Origin: an uncultured delta proteobacterium
GTDB taxonomy: Bacteria; Myxococcota_A; UBA9160; UBA4427
Reading direction: 5' to 3'
Assembly (NCBI GenBank): GCA_963822965.1
Contig: CAWGJT010000010.1
Span: 480,001-544,000 of the forward strand
DNA: 64,000 nt
Under the pieces are notes generated by a model. It was not told the DNA's origin. It saw nothing but the letters and a program-made list of their open reading frames with translations, and made no database searches. Position 1 is the stretch's first letter. Each line of letters starts with the position of its first letter. Made by a program: the position numbers and the translations under genes. This document shows positions 44,056 through 54,283 of the stretch, one piece after another.

Positions 44056-44982
44056 TCACGGGGGGCCGGCCCCCAGCTGGCGGGACGGTGAGAAGTCGGG
44101 CACCGGCCGTCCCGTGAGCCAGGCCTCGAGGATGGCGTTCACCTGTTCGGGCGCCTCCTGCTGCACCCAGTGGGAGGTGGGCAGGTAGCGGATCGTGAAG
44201 TCCTGCACGAGCGCCTCGGTGCCGTACGTCAGCTCCTTGCCCAGGGCGATGTCGTTCTCGCCCCAGATCATCAGGGTGGGGGTGTCCAGGACGCCCTGGC
44301 CCTCGTATCGCTCCACGAGCCGGCGGGCGCGGACGGCGGCCCGGTACCAGTTCACCATGGCCGTGAGCGCGCCGGGCTGCAGCGCGTTCTCGCGGTAGAT
44401 CTCGATCACGTCGGCGGGAAACGCCTTCGGATCGCCCCCGGCCTTGAGGAAGGCGTCGGCGATGAGCTGCGCGCGCCGGCGCCCGAGCAGCCACTCCGGG
44501 AGCTTCGGGATCTGGAACAGGAGCACGTACCAGCTCCGCATGCGCTGGCGCCAGCTGGAGCGGAGCGCCTCCCGGAAGCGACGCGGATGCGGGAGGTTCA
44601 TCACCACCAGCCGCTCGATGGGGCGCACGTGGGAGAGCGCCGCCGCCCAGGCGACGGCTCCGCCCCAATCGTGACCGATCAGGGTCACGTGCCGGGAGCC
44701 CGAGGCGTCGATCAGCGCTCCCACGTCGCCCACGAGCTTGTCCAGGGTGTAGTCCTGGACGCGCGGCGGGCGCACCGTGCGGCCGTAGCCCCGCTGGTTC
44801 GGCGCCCACACGCGGTAGCCCAGGCGGGCCAGCAGCGGAATCTGGTGGCGCCAGGAGATGGCGTGCTCGGGAAAGCCGTGCAGCAGCAGGGCCAGGCGAT
44901 CGCTCGCGTCGTCGCCCGAGCTGTGGATCTCGAACCGGATGCCGCCGGCATCGACGAACTCGGTCCGGATCTTGTAGTCCAT
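44056..44982 (-). CDS. Alpha/beta hydrolase (epoxide hydrolase-like)
   Basis: LLHGFPE, GHDWGG, IWGEND, SHWVQQE. Confidence 0.9.
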   Translation of the reverse strand: MDYKIRTEFVDAGGIRFEIHSSGDDASDRLALLLHGFPEHAISWRHQIPLLARLGYRVWAPNQRGYGRTVRPPRVQDYTLDKLVGDVGALIDASGSRHVTLIGHDWGGAVAWAAALSHVRPIERLVVMNLPHPRRFREALRSSWRQRMRSWYVLLFQIPKLPEWLLGRRRAQLIADAFLKAGGDPKAFPADVIEIYRENALQPGALTAMVNWYRAAVRARRLVERYEGQGVLDTPTLMIWGENDIALGKELTYGTEALVQDFTIRYLPTSHWVQQEAPEQVNAILEAWLTGRPVPDFSPSRQLGAGPP

Positions 44983-44991
44983 GCCGACAGG

Positions 44992-45021
44992 CTAGCCCCG
45001 ATCCGTGATGCGGATCAGGGC
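44992..45021. repeat. Second copy of the CTAG palindrome
   Basis: CTAGCCCCGATCCG-TGATG-CGGATCAGGGC, near-identical to 27299-27331. Confidence 0.8.
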
Positions 45022-45092
45022 GCAGCTCCCGATTGCGCCCGAATCACCGTGATTTTCCGGGCATTGGAGCCGGCCGACCGGGGCGGACCGGC

Positions 45093-45121
45093 TTGCGCGG
45101 CGAACGACGCGCCCGTAGACT
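45093..45121 (+). promoter_or_regulatory. Putative sigma70-type promoter of the argD leader
   Basis: TTGCGC (45093-45098), 17-nt spacer, TAGACT (45116-45121). Confidence 0.55.
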
Positions 45122-45130
45122 GCGCGCCCG

Positions 45131-45241
45131 ATGGGAGCTCCGATCCACATCCGACCCCTGGACCGATCCGTAGACCGGACGGTAGACGGGAGCCGTCGCC
45201 GTCGTGCCTTCGCACGCGGGCGGCCTGCCCATTTCCGATAG
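45131..45241 (+). CDS. Putative Arg-rich leader peptide (36 aa)
   Basis: MGAPIHIRPLDRSVDRTVDGSRRRRAFARGRPAHFR*; 10 Arg with four consecutive; ATG 9 nt after the -10 box. Confidence 0.5.
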   Translation: MGAPIHIRPLDRSVDRTVDGSRRRRAFARGRPAHFR

Positions 45242-45277
45242 CTGACGAATCAGCTGACGAATCCACAGGATTCCCTC

Positions 45278-45304
45278 GAGGCCGCCCCGCAAGGCGGCCT
45301 TTTT
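45278..45304 (+). terminator. Intrinsic terminator inside the argD leader
   Basis: AGGCCGCC-CCGCAA-GGCGGCCT followed by a T run, 85 nt before the argD start. Confidence 0.8.
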
Positions 45305-45388
45305 CGTGCCCCATGCCGTGTGCCGGGGTCCGGCGGCCGCCTCTCCCGAACGGAGCGGAATGGCCCCGAGACCCCCAGGAGACACGAC

Positions 45389-46636
45389 ATGAAGGAGCTG
45401 CAGCCCGGCCCGAGCACCGACCTCCGGAGCTCGCTCATGACCCTCAACGACAGGCCCGAGCCGGTGATGATCCGCGGCGAGGGCTCGTACCTGTGGGACG
45501 ATCGGGGTACCCGCTACCTCGACTTCGTGCAGGGCTGGGCGGTGAACGCCCTCGGTCACGCGCCCGCGGCAATTCGCGACGCCCTGGCGCGCCAGGCGGG
45601 TCTGCTGCTCACGCCGAGCCCCGCCTTCCACAACGCGCCCCAGCTCGCCCTGGCGCGGGCGCTCACGGACCGCTGCTCGCTCGACCGGGTGTTCTTCTGC
45701 AGCACCGGGGCGGAAGCCAACGAGGGCGCCATCAAGCTGGCCCGCAAGTGGGGGCGGCGGCATCGCGGCGGCGCCTTCGAGATCGTGACCACCCACGGCG
45801 CCTTCCACGGGCGCACCCTGGCCACGATGGCGGCCAGCGGCAAGCCGGGCTGGGACGACCTGTTCCCGCCGGCGATGCCGGGCTTCCGCAAGGTGCCCTT
45901 CGGCGACGTGGGCGCCGTGGCGGACGCCCTCTCCGACGCCACGGTCGCCGTGATGGTGGAGCCCATCCAGGGGGAGGCCGGCGTGGTGGTGCCGCCGGCC
46001 GGCTACCTGCGCGACCTGCGGGCGCTCACCCGGCGCCGCGGCGTGCTGCTCATGGTCGACGAGGTGCAGACGGGCATGGCCCGCACGGGTCCGCTCTTCG
46101 CCCACCAGGCGGAGGCGATCGAGCCCGACGTCATGACCCTCGGCAAGGGGCTGGGCGGTGGGGTTCCGCTGGCGGCGCTCCTCGCCCGGGAATCCGTCTG
46201 CTGCTTCGAGCCGGGAGACCAGGGGGGCACCTACAACGGGAACCCGTTGATGACCGCCGTCGGGCTCGCGGTGCTCGACGCCCTGGCGGAGCCGGGGTTC
46301 GCCCGGTCCCGCGAGCAGATCGCCGCAGAGCTGCACTCGGGGCTCGAGGCGCTGGCGCGGCGCCACGGCTGTCTGGGCGTGCGGGGGCGGGGATTCCTGC
46401 TGGCCCTGCGCCTGCCGGCACCGGTTTCCGGCGCGCTGGTCCAGGCCTGCTTCACGCGTGGCCTGCTCGTCAACGGCCCGCGCCCGGAGCTCCTGCGGCT
46501 GATGCCTTCGCTGGCGGTCGCTCGCGACGAAGTGGCGCAGATGCTGGCGATCCTGTCGGAGGCCCTCGACGAGGTGCTCGGGGCACGCGCACGAGGCGCG
46601 CGGACCGTGTGCGGCGCGGGGCCGTCCGATGGATAA
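45389..46636 (+). CDS. argD: Acetylornithine aminotransferase (class III PLP)
   Basis: YLDFVQGWAVNALGH, GAEANEGAIKLARK, FHGRTL, EPIQGEAGV, DEVQTG, LGKGLGGG; AGGAGA RBS. Confidence 0.85.
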   Translation: MKELQPGPSTDLRSSLMTLNDRPEPVMIRGEGSYLWDDRGTRYLDFVQGWAVNALGHAPAAIRDALARQAGLLLTPSPAFHNAPQLALARALTDRCSLDRVFFCSTGAEANEGAIKLARKWGRRHRGGAFEIVTTHGAFHGRTLATMAASGKPGWDDLFPPAMPGFRKVPFGDVGAVADALSDATVAVMVEPIQGEAGVVVPPAGYLRDLRALTRRRGVLLMVDEVQTGMARTGPLFAHQAEAIEPDVMTLGKGLGGGVPLAALLARESVCCFEPGDQGGTYNGNPLMTAVGLAVLDALAEPGFARSREQIAAELHSGLEALARRHGCLGVRGRGFLLALRLPAPVSGALVQACFTRGLLVNGPRPELLRLMPSLAVARDEVAQMLAILSEALDEVLGARARGARTVCGAGPSDG

Positions 46637-46644
46637 TCCCGGCG

Positions 46645-48168
46645 ATGTGCGCGGCACGCGACGCCACCACCCTGGGAATCGATCTCGGAACCTCGGGTTT
46701 GAAGGTGCTGCTGGTGGGCCTGGCCGGCGAGGTCGTCGACCAGGAGACCGTCGCGCTCGAGGTGAGCCGCCCGCGGCCGCTGTGGTCGGAGCAGGATCCC
46801 GAGCAGTGGTGGCAGGCGACGTGTCGCGCGGTGGCGGCCCTGCGGCGCCGAAGCGCCGGTGCGCTGGCCGCCGTGCAGGGCATCGGCCTGTCCGGGCAGA
46901 TGCACGGAGCCACGCTTCTCGACGCCTCGGACCGCGTGCTGCGGCCGGCCATCCTGTGGAACGACGGACGGAGCGGGGCGGCCTGCGCGGAGCTGGTGCG
47001 GCGGGTGCCGGCGGTGCAGGAGATCACGGGCAACCTGGTGATGCCGGGGTTCACGGCGCCCAAGCTCCTGTGGCTGGCCGAGCACGAGCCGGACGTGGCG
47101 GCGAAGGTGCGACGCGTGCTGCTGCCCAAGGACTACCTGCGCCTGCGCCTCTCGGGAGAGCACGCATCGGAGCCGTCGGACGCGTCGGGGACCGGCTGGC
47201 TCGACGTGGCGCGGCGCGTCTGGTCGGCCGATCTGGTCGAGGCCTGCGGGCTCTCCCTCACGGACATGCCGCGGCTCGTCGAGGGAAGCCAGCCTTCGGG
47301 GGTCGTGCTGCCCGAGGTGGCGCGTCTCTTCGGCATCCGGCCGGGCGTGGTCGTCGCCGGCGGCGCCGGGGACCAGGCTGCCGGCGCGGTGGGGGCCGGC
47401 GTGGTGCGACCGGGCCAGGCCCTGCTGTCCCTGGGCACCTCGGGCGTCTACTTCGTCGCGAGCGACCGCTTCGCGCCGAGCCCCGAACGTGCCGTCCACG
47501 CGTTCTGTCACTGCCTTCCCGGACGCTGGCACCAGATGTCCGTGATCCTGAGCGCGGCCAGCTGCCTGTCGTGGGTGGCCACGTTGGTGGGCGCACCCGA
47601 CGTGACCACCGCCCTCGCCCGGGCCGAGGCCGTCGGGCTCGACGACCTCGACGAGCGGGCGCCCCTGTTCCTGCCGTACCTGTCGGGCGAGCGCACGCCG
47701 CACAACGACCCCCACGCCCGGGGCGTGTTCTTCGGGCTCGGGCACGAGACGGGCCCCGGGGAGCTGGTGCGGGCGGTGCTGGAGGGCGTCGCCTTCGCGC
47801 TGGCCGAAGGGCAGGACGCCGTCCTGGCCACCGGCACCCCGGTGGATCGACTGGCGGTGATCGGGGGCGGCGCCCGCAGCGATCTGTGGGCGCGCGTGCT
47901 GGCGGCGGCGCTCGACCGGCCCCTGCATCGCCTGGCCTCGGCGGAGACGGGGCCGGCCCTGGGCGCCGCACGGCTCGCCCGTCTGGCGGTCACCGGAGAG
48001 GCTCCCGACACGGTCTGCAGCGAGCCCGCCGTCGACCGCGTGATCCCGGTGGACGCCCGCCTGCGCGAAGCGCTCGCGGGGCGCCGCGCCCGCTTCGCGC
48101 GTCTGTACCCGGTCCTGCGTGACCACTTCCCGTCCGCCGCTGCAGCGGACAACGGAGATCGTCCGTGA
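46645..48168 (+). CDS. xylB: Xylulokinase
   Basis: [43 protein letters not shown]; adjacent to xylA. Confidence 0.92.
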   Translation: MCAARDATTLGIDLGTSGLKVLLVGLAGEVVDQETVALEVSRPRPLWSEQDPEQWWQATCRAVAALRRRSAGALAAVQGIGLSGQMHGATLLDASDRVLRPAILWNDGRSGAACAELVRRVPAVQEITGNLVMPGFTAPKLLWLAEHEPDVAAKVRRVLLPKDYLRLRLSGEHASEPSDASGTGWLDVARRVWSADLVEACGLSLTDMPRLVEGSQPSGVVLPEVARLFGIRPGVVVAGGAGDQAAGAVGAGVVRPGQALLSLGTSGVYFVASDRFAPSPERAVHAFCHCLPGRWHQMSVILSAASCLSWVATLVGAPDVTTALARAEAVGLDDLDERAPLFLPYLSGERTPHNDPHARGVFFGLGHETGPGELVRAVLEGVAFALAEGQDAVLATGTPVDRLAVIGGGARSDLWARVLAAALDRPLHRLASAETGPALGAARLARLAVTGEAPDTVCSEPAVDRVIPVDARLREALAGRRARFARLYPVLRDHFPSAAAADNGDRP

Positions 48169-49526
48169 AGACTCCCTCCCTTCCCAAGCGCGACCTGCCC
48201 GAGCCGGTGTTCTCCGACCCCTTCTTTCCCGATCTCGATCGCGTTCCCTTCGGCGGGCCGGACGCCGACGACCCGCTCGCGTACCGCTTCTACGAGCCCG
48301 ATCGGCTGGTGCTCGGACGTCCCATGCGCGAGCACCTGCGCTTTGCGGTCTGCTACTGGCACACGTTCTGCTGGCCGGGCGACGACGTCTTCGGGCAGCC
48401 CGCGTTCCAGCGCCCCTGGCTCAGCGGGGGCACGCCGTTGCAGCAGGCCGAGCGCAAGCTCGACGTGGCCTTCGAGCTGTTCTCGAAGCTCGGCGCCCCC
48501 TTCTTCACGTTTCACGACCGGGACCTCGCACCCGAGGGCGAGAGCCTGGCCGAGAGCCGGCACCACCTGGCGCACATGCTCGATCGCGCCGAAGCGGCCA
48601 TGGAGCGAACCGGCGTGCGGCTGCTGTGGAGCACCGCGAACCTCTTCGGGCATCCCCGCTACGCCGCGGGGGCGGCCAGCAACCCCGACCCCGAGGTGTT
48701 CGCCTGCGCGGCGGTGCAGGTGCGCGACGCCCTCGAGGCGGCGCATCGCCTCGGCGGCGCCAACTACGTGCTGTGGGGCGGTCGCGAGGGCTACGACACG
48801 CTCCTGAATACCGACCTGCGTCGGGAGAACGCCCAGCTGGGGCGCTTCCTGCACCTGGTCGTCGAGCACAAGCACCGCATCGGCTTCGAGGGCACGATCC
48901 TGATCGAGCCCAAGCCCATGGAGCCCACGAAGCACCAGTACGACTCCGACGCGGCGGCCGTGCACGCCTTCCTGCTCGCGCACGGTCTCGAGAAGGAGAT
49001 CCGGCTGAACATCGAGGTGAACCACGCGACGCTCGCGGGTCACAGCTTCCAGCACGAGCTCGCCTACGCGGCGGCGCACGACCTGCTGGGCAGCATCGAC
49101 ATCAACCGCGGCGATCCCCAGCTCGGCTGGGACACGGACCAGTTCCCGAACAGCGTCGAGGAGGCGACCCTCGGTCTCTACACGCTGCTGCAGGCGGGGG
49201 GCCTCACGACGGGCGGCTTCAACTTCGACGCCAAGCTGCGACGCCAGTCGGTCGATCCGGTGGACCTCTTCCACGCCCACGTCGGCGGCGTCGACACCCT
49301 GGCCCGGGGGCTGCTCGCCGCCGCGGCAATGATCGAGGACGGCGTGCTCGCCCGTCGGGTCGAGGACCGCTACGCGGGCTGGTCGGGCGATCTCGGGGCG
49401 TCGATCCTCGCGGGCGGGCTCGACCTGGACTCCCTGGCCGAGCTGGCCCTGGAACGGGGCCTCGACCCGCGGCCGGTTTCGGGGCGCCAGGAAGCGCTCG
49501 AGAACCTCGTGAACCGGTACCGGTAG
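48165..49526 (+). CDS. xylA: Xylose isomerase (class II)
   Basis: [52 protein letters not shown]. Confidence 0.95.
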   Translation: MKTPSLPKRDLPEPVFSDPFFPDLDRVPFGGPDADDPLAYRFYEPDRLVLGRPMREHLRFAVCYWHTFCWPGDDVFGQPAFQRPWLSGGTPLQQAERKLDVAFELFSKLGAPFFTFHDRDLAPEGESLAESRHHLAHMLDRAEAAMERTGVRLLWSTANLFGHPRYAAGAASNPDPEVFACAAVQVRDALEAAHRLGGANYVLWGGREGYDTLLNTDLRRENAQLGRFLHLVVEHKHRIGFEGTILIEPKPMEPTKHQYDSDAAAVHAFLLAHGLEKEIRLNIEVNHATLAGHSFQHELAYAAAHDLLGSIDINRGDPQLGWDTDQFPNSVEEATLGLYTLLQAGGLTTGGFNFDAKLRRQSVDPVDLFHAHVGGVDTLARGLLAAAAMIEDGVLARRVEDRYAGWSGDLGASILAGGLDLDSLAELALERGLDPRPVSGRQEALENLVNRYR

Positions 49527-49533
49527 CGCGACG

Positions 49534-50664
49534 ATGTCGGTTCGGGCGGCCGGGTTCGGGCGCATGCCGGACGGCGAGCGCGTCGACCGCTTCGTGTTGG
49601 AGCGCGACGGCGTCGAGGTCTCGCTGCTGGGCTACGGGGCGAGCCTGCAGGCCGTGCGAGCGCCGGACCGGGCAGGGCGCCCGGGGCACGTGGTGCTGGG
49701 CTTCGACCACCTGGACGCCTACCGCGCCGACCCGTTCCACTTCGGCGCCGTCGTGGGCCGCTTCGCGAACCGCATCGCCGGGGCCCGCTTCGTTCTCGAC
49801 GGGCGGCCCGTGCGCCTCACCGCGAACCTGGGCGAGCACCACCTGCACGGGGGGGCGCGGGGGCTCGGCCGGCGCGTGTGGCGGGGCGAGCCGTTCGAGG
49901 AGCCGGACGCCGCGGGCGTTCGCTTCGACACCGTGAGCGAGGACGGGGACGAGGGCTATCCGGGCCGACTGCACGCCAGCGCGAGCTATCGGCTGCGCGA
50001 CCGCGGCGAGCTCGTGCTCGAGCTGCGCGCGCGAACGGACCGCCCGACGATCGTGAACCTGTCCCATCACGCGTACTTCCACCTCGGCGACGGCGGCGCC
50101 ACGACGGTGTTCGATCACCGCGTCGAGGTGGAGTCCGATCGCGCGTTGGAGGTGGACGCCGACGGTCTGCCGAGCGGTCGGCTCGTCCCGCTGGCCGGCT
50201 CGCCCCTCGACCTGCGACCGTCGGACCGGGGCGAGATGGTGCGCCTGGGCGATCGCATCCCGGCGCTCGAGTCCGCCCGCGGCGGCTTCGACCATTGCTA
50301 TGTGCTGCGCGGTGGCGCGCGACCGGACCGACCCCGGCCCGTCGCCCGCGTGCTCCACCCCGGCAGCGGCCGGCTGCTCGTGGTGGAGACCGACCAGCCC
50401 GGCCTCCAGCTGTACACGGGAAACTTCCTGGACGGCCGGCTCGCGGGGCACGACGGCATCGCCTACGGTCGCTGGCACGCGCTGTGCCTCGAGCCCCAGG
50501 GATTCCCCGACGCCCCGAACCGGCCGCGGTTTCCGTCCACGCGGCTCGAGCCCGGCGAAGCGTATCGCCACACGTCGATCTTCCGCTTCGGCCTCGACGA
50601 GGCCGGCGTCGAAAGGCGGGTGCTCCCGGCCGACGGCCCCACGGACGAGAAGGACCTGCGATGA
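49534..50664 (+). CDS. galM: Aldose 1-epimerase (mutarotase)
   Basis: GRFANRI, HLHGG, GYPG, NLSHHAYF, FDH, QLYTGNFL, CLEPQ.FPD. Confidence 0.9.
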   Translation: MSVRAAGFGRMPDGERVDRFVLERDGVEVSLLGYGASLQAVRAPDRAGRPGHVVLGFDHLDAYRADPFHFGAVVGRFANRIAGARFVLDGRPVRLTANLGEHHLHGGARGLGRRVWRGEPFEEPDAAGVRFDTVSEDGDEGYPGRLHASASYRLRDRGELVLELRARTDRPTIVNLSHHAYFHLGDGGATTVFDHRVEVESDRALEVDADGLPSGRLVPLAGSPLDLRPSDRGEMVRLGDRIPALESARGGFDHCYVLRGGARPDRPRPVARVLHPGSGRLLVVETDQPGLQLYTGNFLDGRLAGHDGIAYGRWHALCLEPQGFPDAPNRPRFPSTRLEPGEAYRHTSIFRFGLDEAGVERRVLPADGPTDEKDLR

Positions 50665-51878
50665 GGAAGCCGCTCGAGGGAACCATCGTCGTCGAGATCG
50701 CGAGCTTCGTGGCCGCGCCCGCCGCGGGCGCGCTGCTCGCCGATCTGGGCGCGGAGGTGCTGAAGGTCGAGGTGCCGCGCGGGGAGATCTACCGCTACTC
50801 GACGCCGCGCACCGCGGGGTTCAAGAGCGAGTTTCCCGAGGCACCGCACTTCCAGATGGACAACCGCGGCAAGCGGTCCCTCGCCCTCGACGTCACCCGG
50901 GAGCCCGCGCGCGCGGCGCTGCTGCGGGTGATCGAGCGGGCGGACGTGGTCCTCACGAACATGCTTCCGCACCGGCAGCAGCGGTACGGGATCGACGCCG
51001 ACAGCCTGCGCGCGAAGCGGCCGGCCCTGATCCACGCGAGCCTCTCCGGCTACGGCCCGGAAGGTCCCGCCGCCGGCGAGCCGGCCTTCGACTACACGGC
51101 GTACTGGGCGCGGCCGGGCTTCATGAACACCATGCGGGACGAGGGCGTGCCGCCGTCCTTCCTGCGGCCCGGCGTCGGCGACCACGCGGCGGCCCTGGCG
51201 CTGGTGGCCGGGATCCTCGCCGCGATGCGCGTGCGGGACCGCACCGGGGAGGGCCAGGCCGTCGACGTCAACCTGCTGCACATGGGCTTCTACATCCAGG
51301 GCAACGACGCCGCCCACACCCTCGCCACCGGCCAGTCGCCGCCCAACCACGACCGCACCCGCCCCCGGAACCCGCTCTGGAACCACTACGAGACGAAGGA
51401 CGGGCGTTGGCTCTTCCTGGTGATGATCGAGTCGGACCGCTACTGGCCCGAGGTGTGCCGCGCGCTCGACCTCGAGGAGCTGGCCGCGGAAGAGCGGTTC
51501 GCCGGCGCGGTCGGGCGCTACCGCAACTCCGAGGAGCTGACCGCCCGTCTCGCCGCGCGCGTCGCCGGCCGCAGCCTCGACGAATGGCGGGAGCGTCTGG
51601 CGGGGTTCCGGATCATCTGGTCGCCGGTGCAGACCCTGGCCGAGGCGATCGAAGATCCCCAGGCCGAGGCGGCGGGGGTCTTCCAGACCGTCGAGCACCC
51701 GGTGGCGGGCGCGTTCCGCTCCGTCGCGCCGCCGCTGCGGCTCTCGGGCTCCGACCTGCGCAGCTCCCGTCCGGCCCCGGCGCTCGGGGCGGACTCCCGC
51801 AGCATCCTGGCCGAGGTGGGGCTCTCCCCGGAAGAGATCGAGGGCGCCCTCGCGAGCGGGGAGACGCCCGACGCGTGA
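50661..51878 (+). CDS. CoA-transferase family III (CaiB/BaiF)
   Basis: AAPAAGALLADLGAEVLKVE, NRGKRSLALD, SGYG, AFD. Confidence 0.9.
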   Translation: MRKPLEGTIVVEIASFVAAPAAGALLADLGAEVLKVEVPRGEIYRYSTPRTAGFKSEFPEAPHFQMDNRGKRSLALDVTREPARAALLRVIERADVVLTNMLPHRQQRYGIDADSLRAKRPALIHASLSGYGPEGPAAGEPAFDYTAYWARPGFMNTMRDEGVPPSFLRPGVGDHAAALALVAGILAAMRVRDRTGEGQAVDVNLLHMGFYIQGNDAAHTLATGQSPPNHDRTRPRNPLWNHYETKDGRWLFLVMIESDRYWPEVCRALDLEELAAEERFAGAVGRYRNSEELTARLAARVAGRSLDEWRERLAGFRIIWSPVQTLAEAIEDPQAEAAGVFQTVEHPVAGAFRSVAPPLRLSGSDLRSSRPAPALGADSRSILAEVGLSPEEIEGALASGETPDA

Positions 51879-51917
51879 GCGTCCATCGCCCCGGGCCGGA
51901 CCCGGTGCGCGTTCGCC

Positions 51918-53018
51918 TCACACCGAGAGGACGGTGCGGATGCCGCGGCCGGCGGTGAGGTCGTCGAGCGCCTCGTTGATCTCCTCGAGCGGGCGTCGCC
52001 GGCTGATGAGCGACTCGAGGTCGAGCCGACCGGTCTGCCACAGGGCGACGAGCCGCGGGATCTCGAGCAGCGAGTTGGAGCTGCCCAGCAGGCAGCCCAT
52101 GATCTTCTTCTCCGAGCAGGCGAAGAGCACCGCCGGGGCCAGGGTGATGGCCTGGTCGAGGGGCGGCGCGCCCACGCACACGGTCGTTCCGCCGGCCCGC
52201 GTCGCGGTGACGCCCACGTTCACCAGGGCGGCCGCGCCGGCGCACTCGAACGCGTAGTCCACGCCGATGCCGCCGGTCAGGTCGCGGGCGGCGGTGGCGA
52301 CGTCGTCCTGGCCGGGGTCGAGCAGGTCGGTGGCGCCCAGGTGCAGGGCGGCGGCGCGGCGCTCCAGCAGGGGATCCGAGACGATGATGCGCGAGGCGCC
52401 GGCGAGGCGTGCGCCCTGGACGGCGGACATGCCGATGCCGCCGAGCCCCATCACCAGCACGGTCGCCCCCGCCTCCACCTTCGCGGTGTTGAGGACGGCG
52501 CCCACGCCCGTCTGGACCGCGCACCCGATCACGCAGGCCACCTCCAGCGGCACGTCGCTGGGGATCTTCACGGCACCCGTCTCGGGGGTGATCACGTACT
52601 CGGCGAACGCCGCCACCCCGAGACCGCGCTTCACCGGCTCGCCCTTGCGGGACAGGGGCGTCGAGCCGTCGGGGAGGCTGTTGGCGAAGAGCGCCGCCGT
52701 GTTCACGCAGGTCCCCGGCTCCCCCCGGACGCAGCCGTAGCAGCGACCGCAGGGAGGGCAGGGCGTGAGCACCACCGCGTCGCCCGGCGCCAGCATCGTC
52801 ACCCCGGGACCCACCTCCTCGACGGTCCCCGTGGCCTCGTGGCCGAGCACGATGGGCGGCTCGGCGGGGAAGCTGCCGTTCGCGATGCTGAGGTCCGAAT
52901 GACAGACGCCGCAGTGGGAGACGGCGACCCGCACCTGCCCGGGCCCCGGGCTGGCGATGTCGACGTCGTCGGTGACGATCAGGGGACGGCCCGGGGCTTC
53001 GAGAACGGCAGCGCGCAT
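51918..53018 (-). CDS. Zn-dependent alcohol dehydrogenase (class III-like)
   Basis: GVCHSD, LGHE, CGRCYGC...C, GCAVQTG, GLGGIG. Confidence 0.92.
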   Translation of the reverse strand: MRAAVLEAPGRPLIVTDDVDIASPGPGQVRVAVSHCGVCHSDLSIANGSFPAEPPIVLGHEATGTVEEVGPGVTMLAPGDAVVLTPCPPCGRCYGCVRGEPGTCVNTAALFANSLPDGSTPLSRKGEPVKRGLGVAAFAEYVITPETGAVKIPSDVPLEVACVIGCAVQTGVGAVLNTAKVEAGATVLVMGLGGIGMSAVQGARLAGASRIIVSDPLLERRAAALHLGATDLLDPGQDDVATAARDLTGGIGVDYAFECAGAAALVNVGVTATRAGGTTVCVGAPPLDQAITLAPAVLFACSEKKIMGCLLGSSNSLLEIPRLVALWQTGRLDLESLISRRRPLEEINEALDDLTAGRGIRTVLSV

Positions 53019-53169
53019 GGGGACTCCTTGGGGTGCGTGTTGGGGGGCCGTCGGGTGCGTCTTCGGTTCGTGTTCGCCGGCATGGCCGCGAAGCGCTGCT
53101 TCGCGGAGCGGGGTAGTCTAGCCTCGATGCTCCCTTCCGGGAGCGGGCGACGAGGGAGGGACGATCGCG

Positions 53170-54268
53170 ATGGAGGAATCGAAGCAGACGCGCGCGGCGG
53201 AGAAGCTCGACGGCGGACAAGGTCCGCGAGATGGCCCGGACGGTGTTCGGCGCGTTCAGCGGCGCCGTGACCTCCGCGATGATCCACCTGGGCGACCGGC
53301 TCGGCCTGTATCAGGTGCTGGCCGAGGTCGAGGACGTGGACAGCCACGAGCTCGCCGAGCGCACCGGGCTCTCCGAGCGCTGGCTGCGGGAGTGGCTGCA
53401 CCAGCAGGGGGCGGCGCGGATCCTCGAGTATCGCGGCGCCGGGCGCTTCCGCCTCTCGCCGGAGGGCGCGGCGGTGCTCGCCGAGGAGGAGCATCCCGCC
53501 TTCGGTGCCGGCTTCTTCGCGCACTTTCCCCAGACGATGCAGCTGGCCGAGCACCTGCCCCGGGCCTTCGAGACGGGCCTGGGTCTGCCCTACGACGCCC
53601 TGGGCTCCGAGGGCGCGGTGGGCATCGAGCGCGGCTTCGCGCCGTGGTTCCGCAGCCTGCTGGTCCCGATGGCCCTGCCGCGGGTGGAGGGCCTGGTGGA
53701 GCGCCTCGAGGCGGGGGCCGTCGCCGCCGACGTGGGCTGCGGCTCGGGGGTCGCGATGATCGAGATGGCGCGGGCCTTCCCCCGCTCGCGCTTCCACGGC
53801 TACGAGCTCTCGCGTCACGCCATCGAGCGCGGCCAGGCCAACGCCGCCGAGGCGGGCGCGGACAACGTCACCTTCCACCACGTGCAGGAGGAGCCGCTGC
53901 CCGGGGACGCGCGCTTCGATTTCGTCACCACCTTCGACTGCCTGCACGACATGACGGATCCCGCCGGCGTGATGGCCGCCATCCGGCGCGCCATCCGCCC
54001 GGACGGCATCTGGCTCATCGCCGACATCAAGGCCCACGGCAGCTACGAGGAGAACGTGGCGGAGAACCCGATGGCGGCCATGATGTACGGCACCTCGGTG
54101 ATGACGTGCATGTCGTCGGCGCTGTCGGAGCCCGGAGGCGCCGGGCTGGGAACCCTGGGCCTGCATCCGGGTCTGATGCGCGAGATGGTGGAGCAGGCGG
54201 GCTTCCGGGAGCTCGAGGAGCTCGACCTCGGCCACCCGGTGAACGCATTCTACGTGGCGCGGCCCTGA
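53170..54268 (+). CDS. Class I SAM-dependent methyltransferase with N-terminal winged helix
   Basis: LGDRLGLY, ERWLREWL, DVGCGSG, FDCLHDM; true start probably 53170 (GGAGG RBS) with a 1-nt indel near 53212, otherwise 53231. Confidence 0.85.
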
Positions 54269-54283
54269 ACGAGGCGCGGAGCC

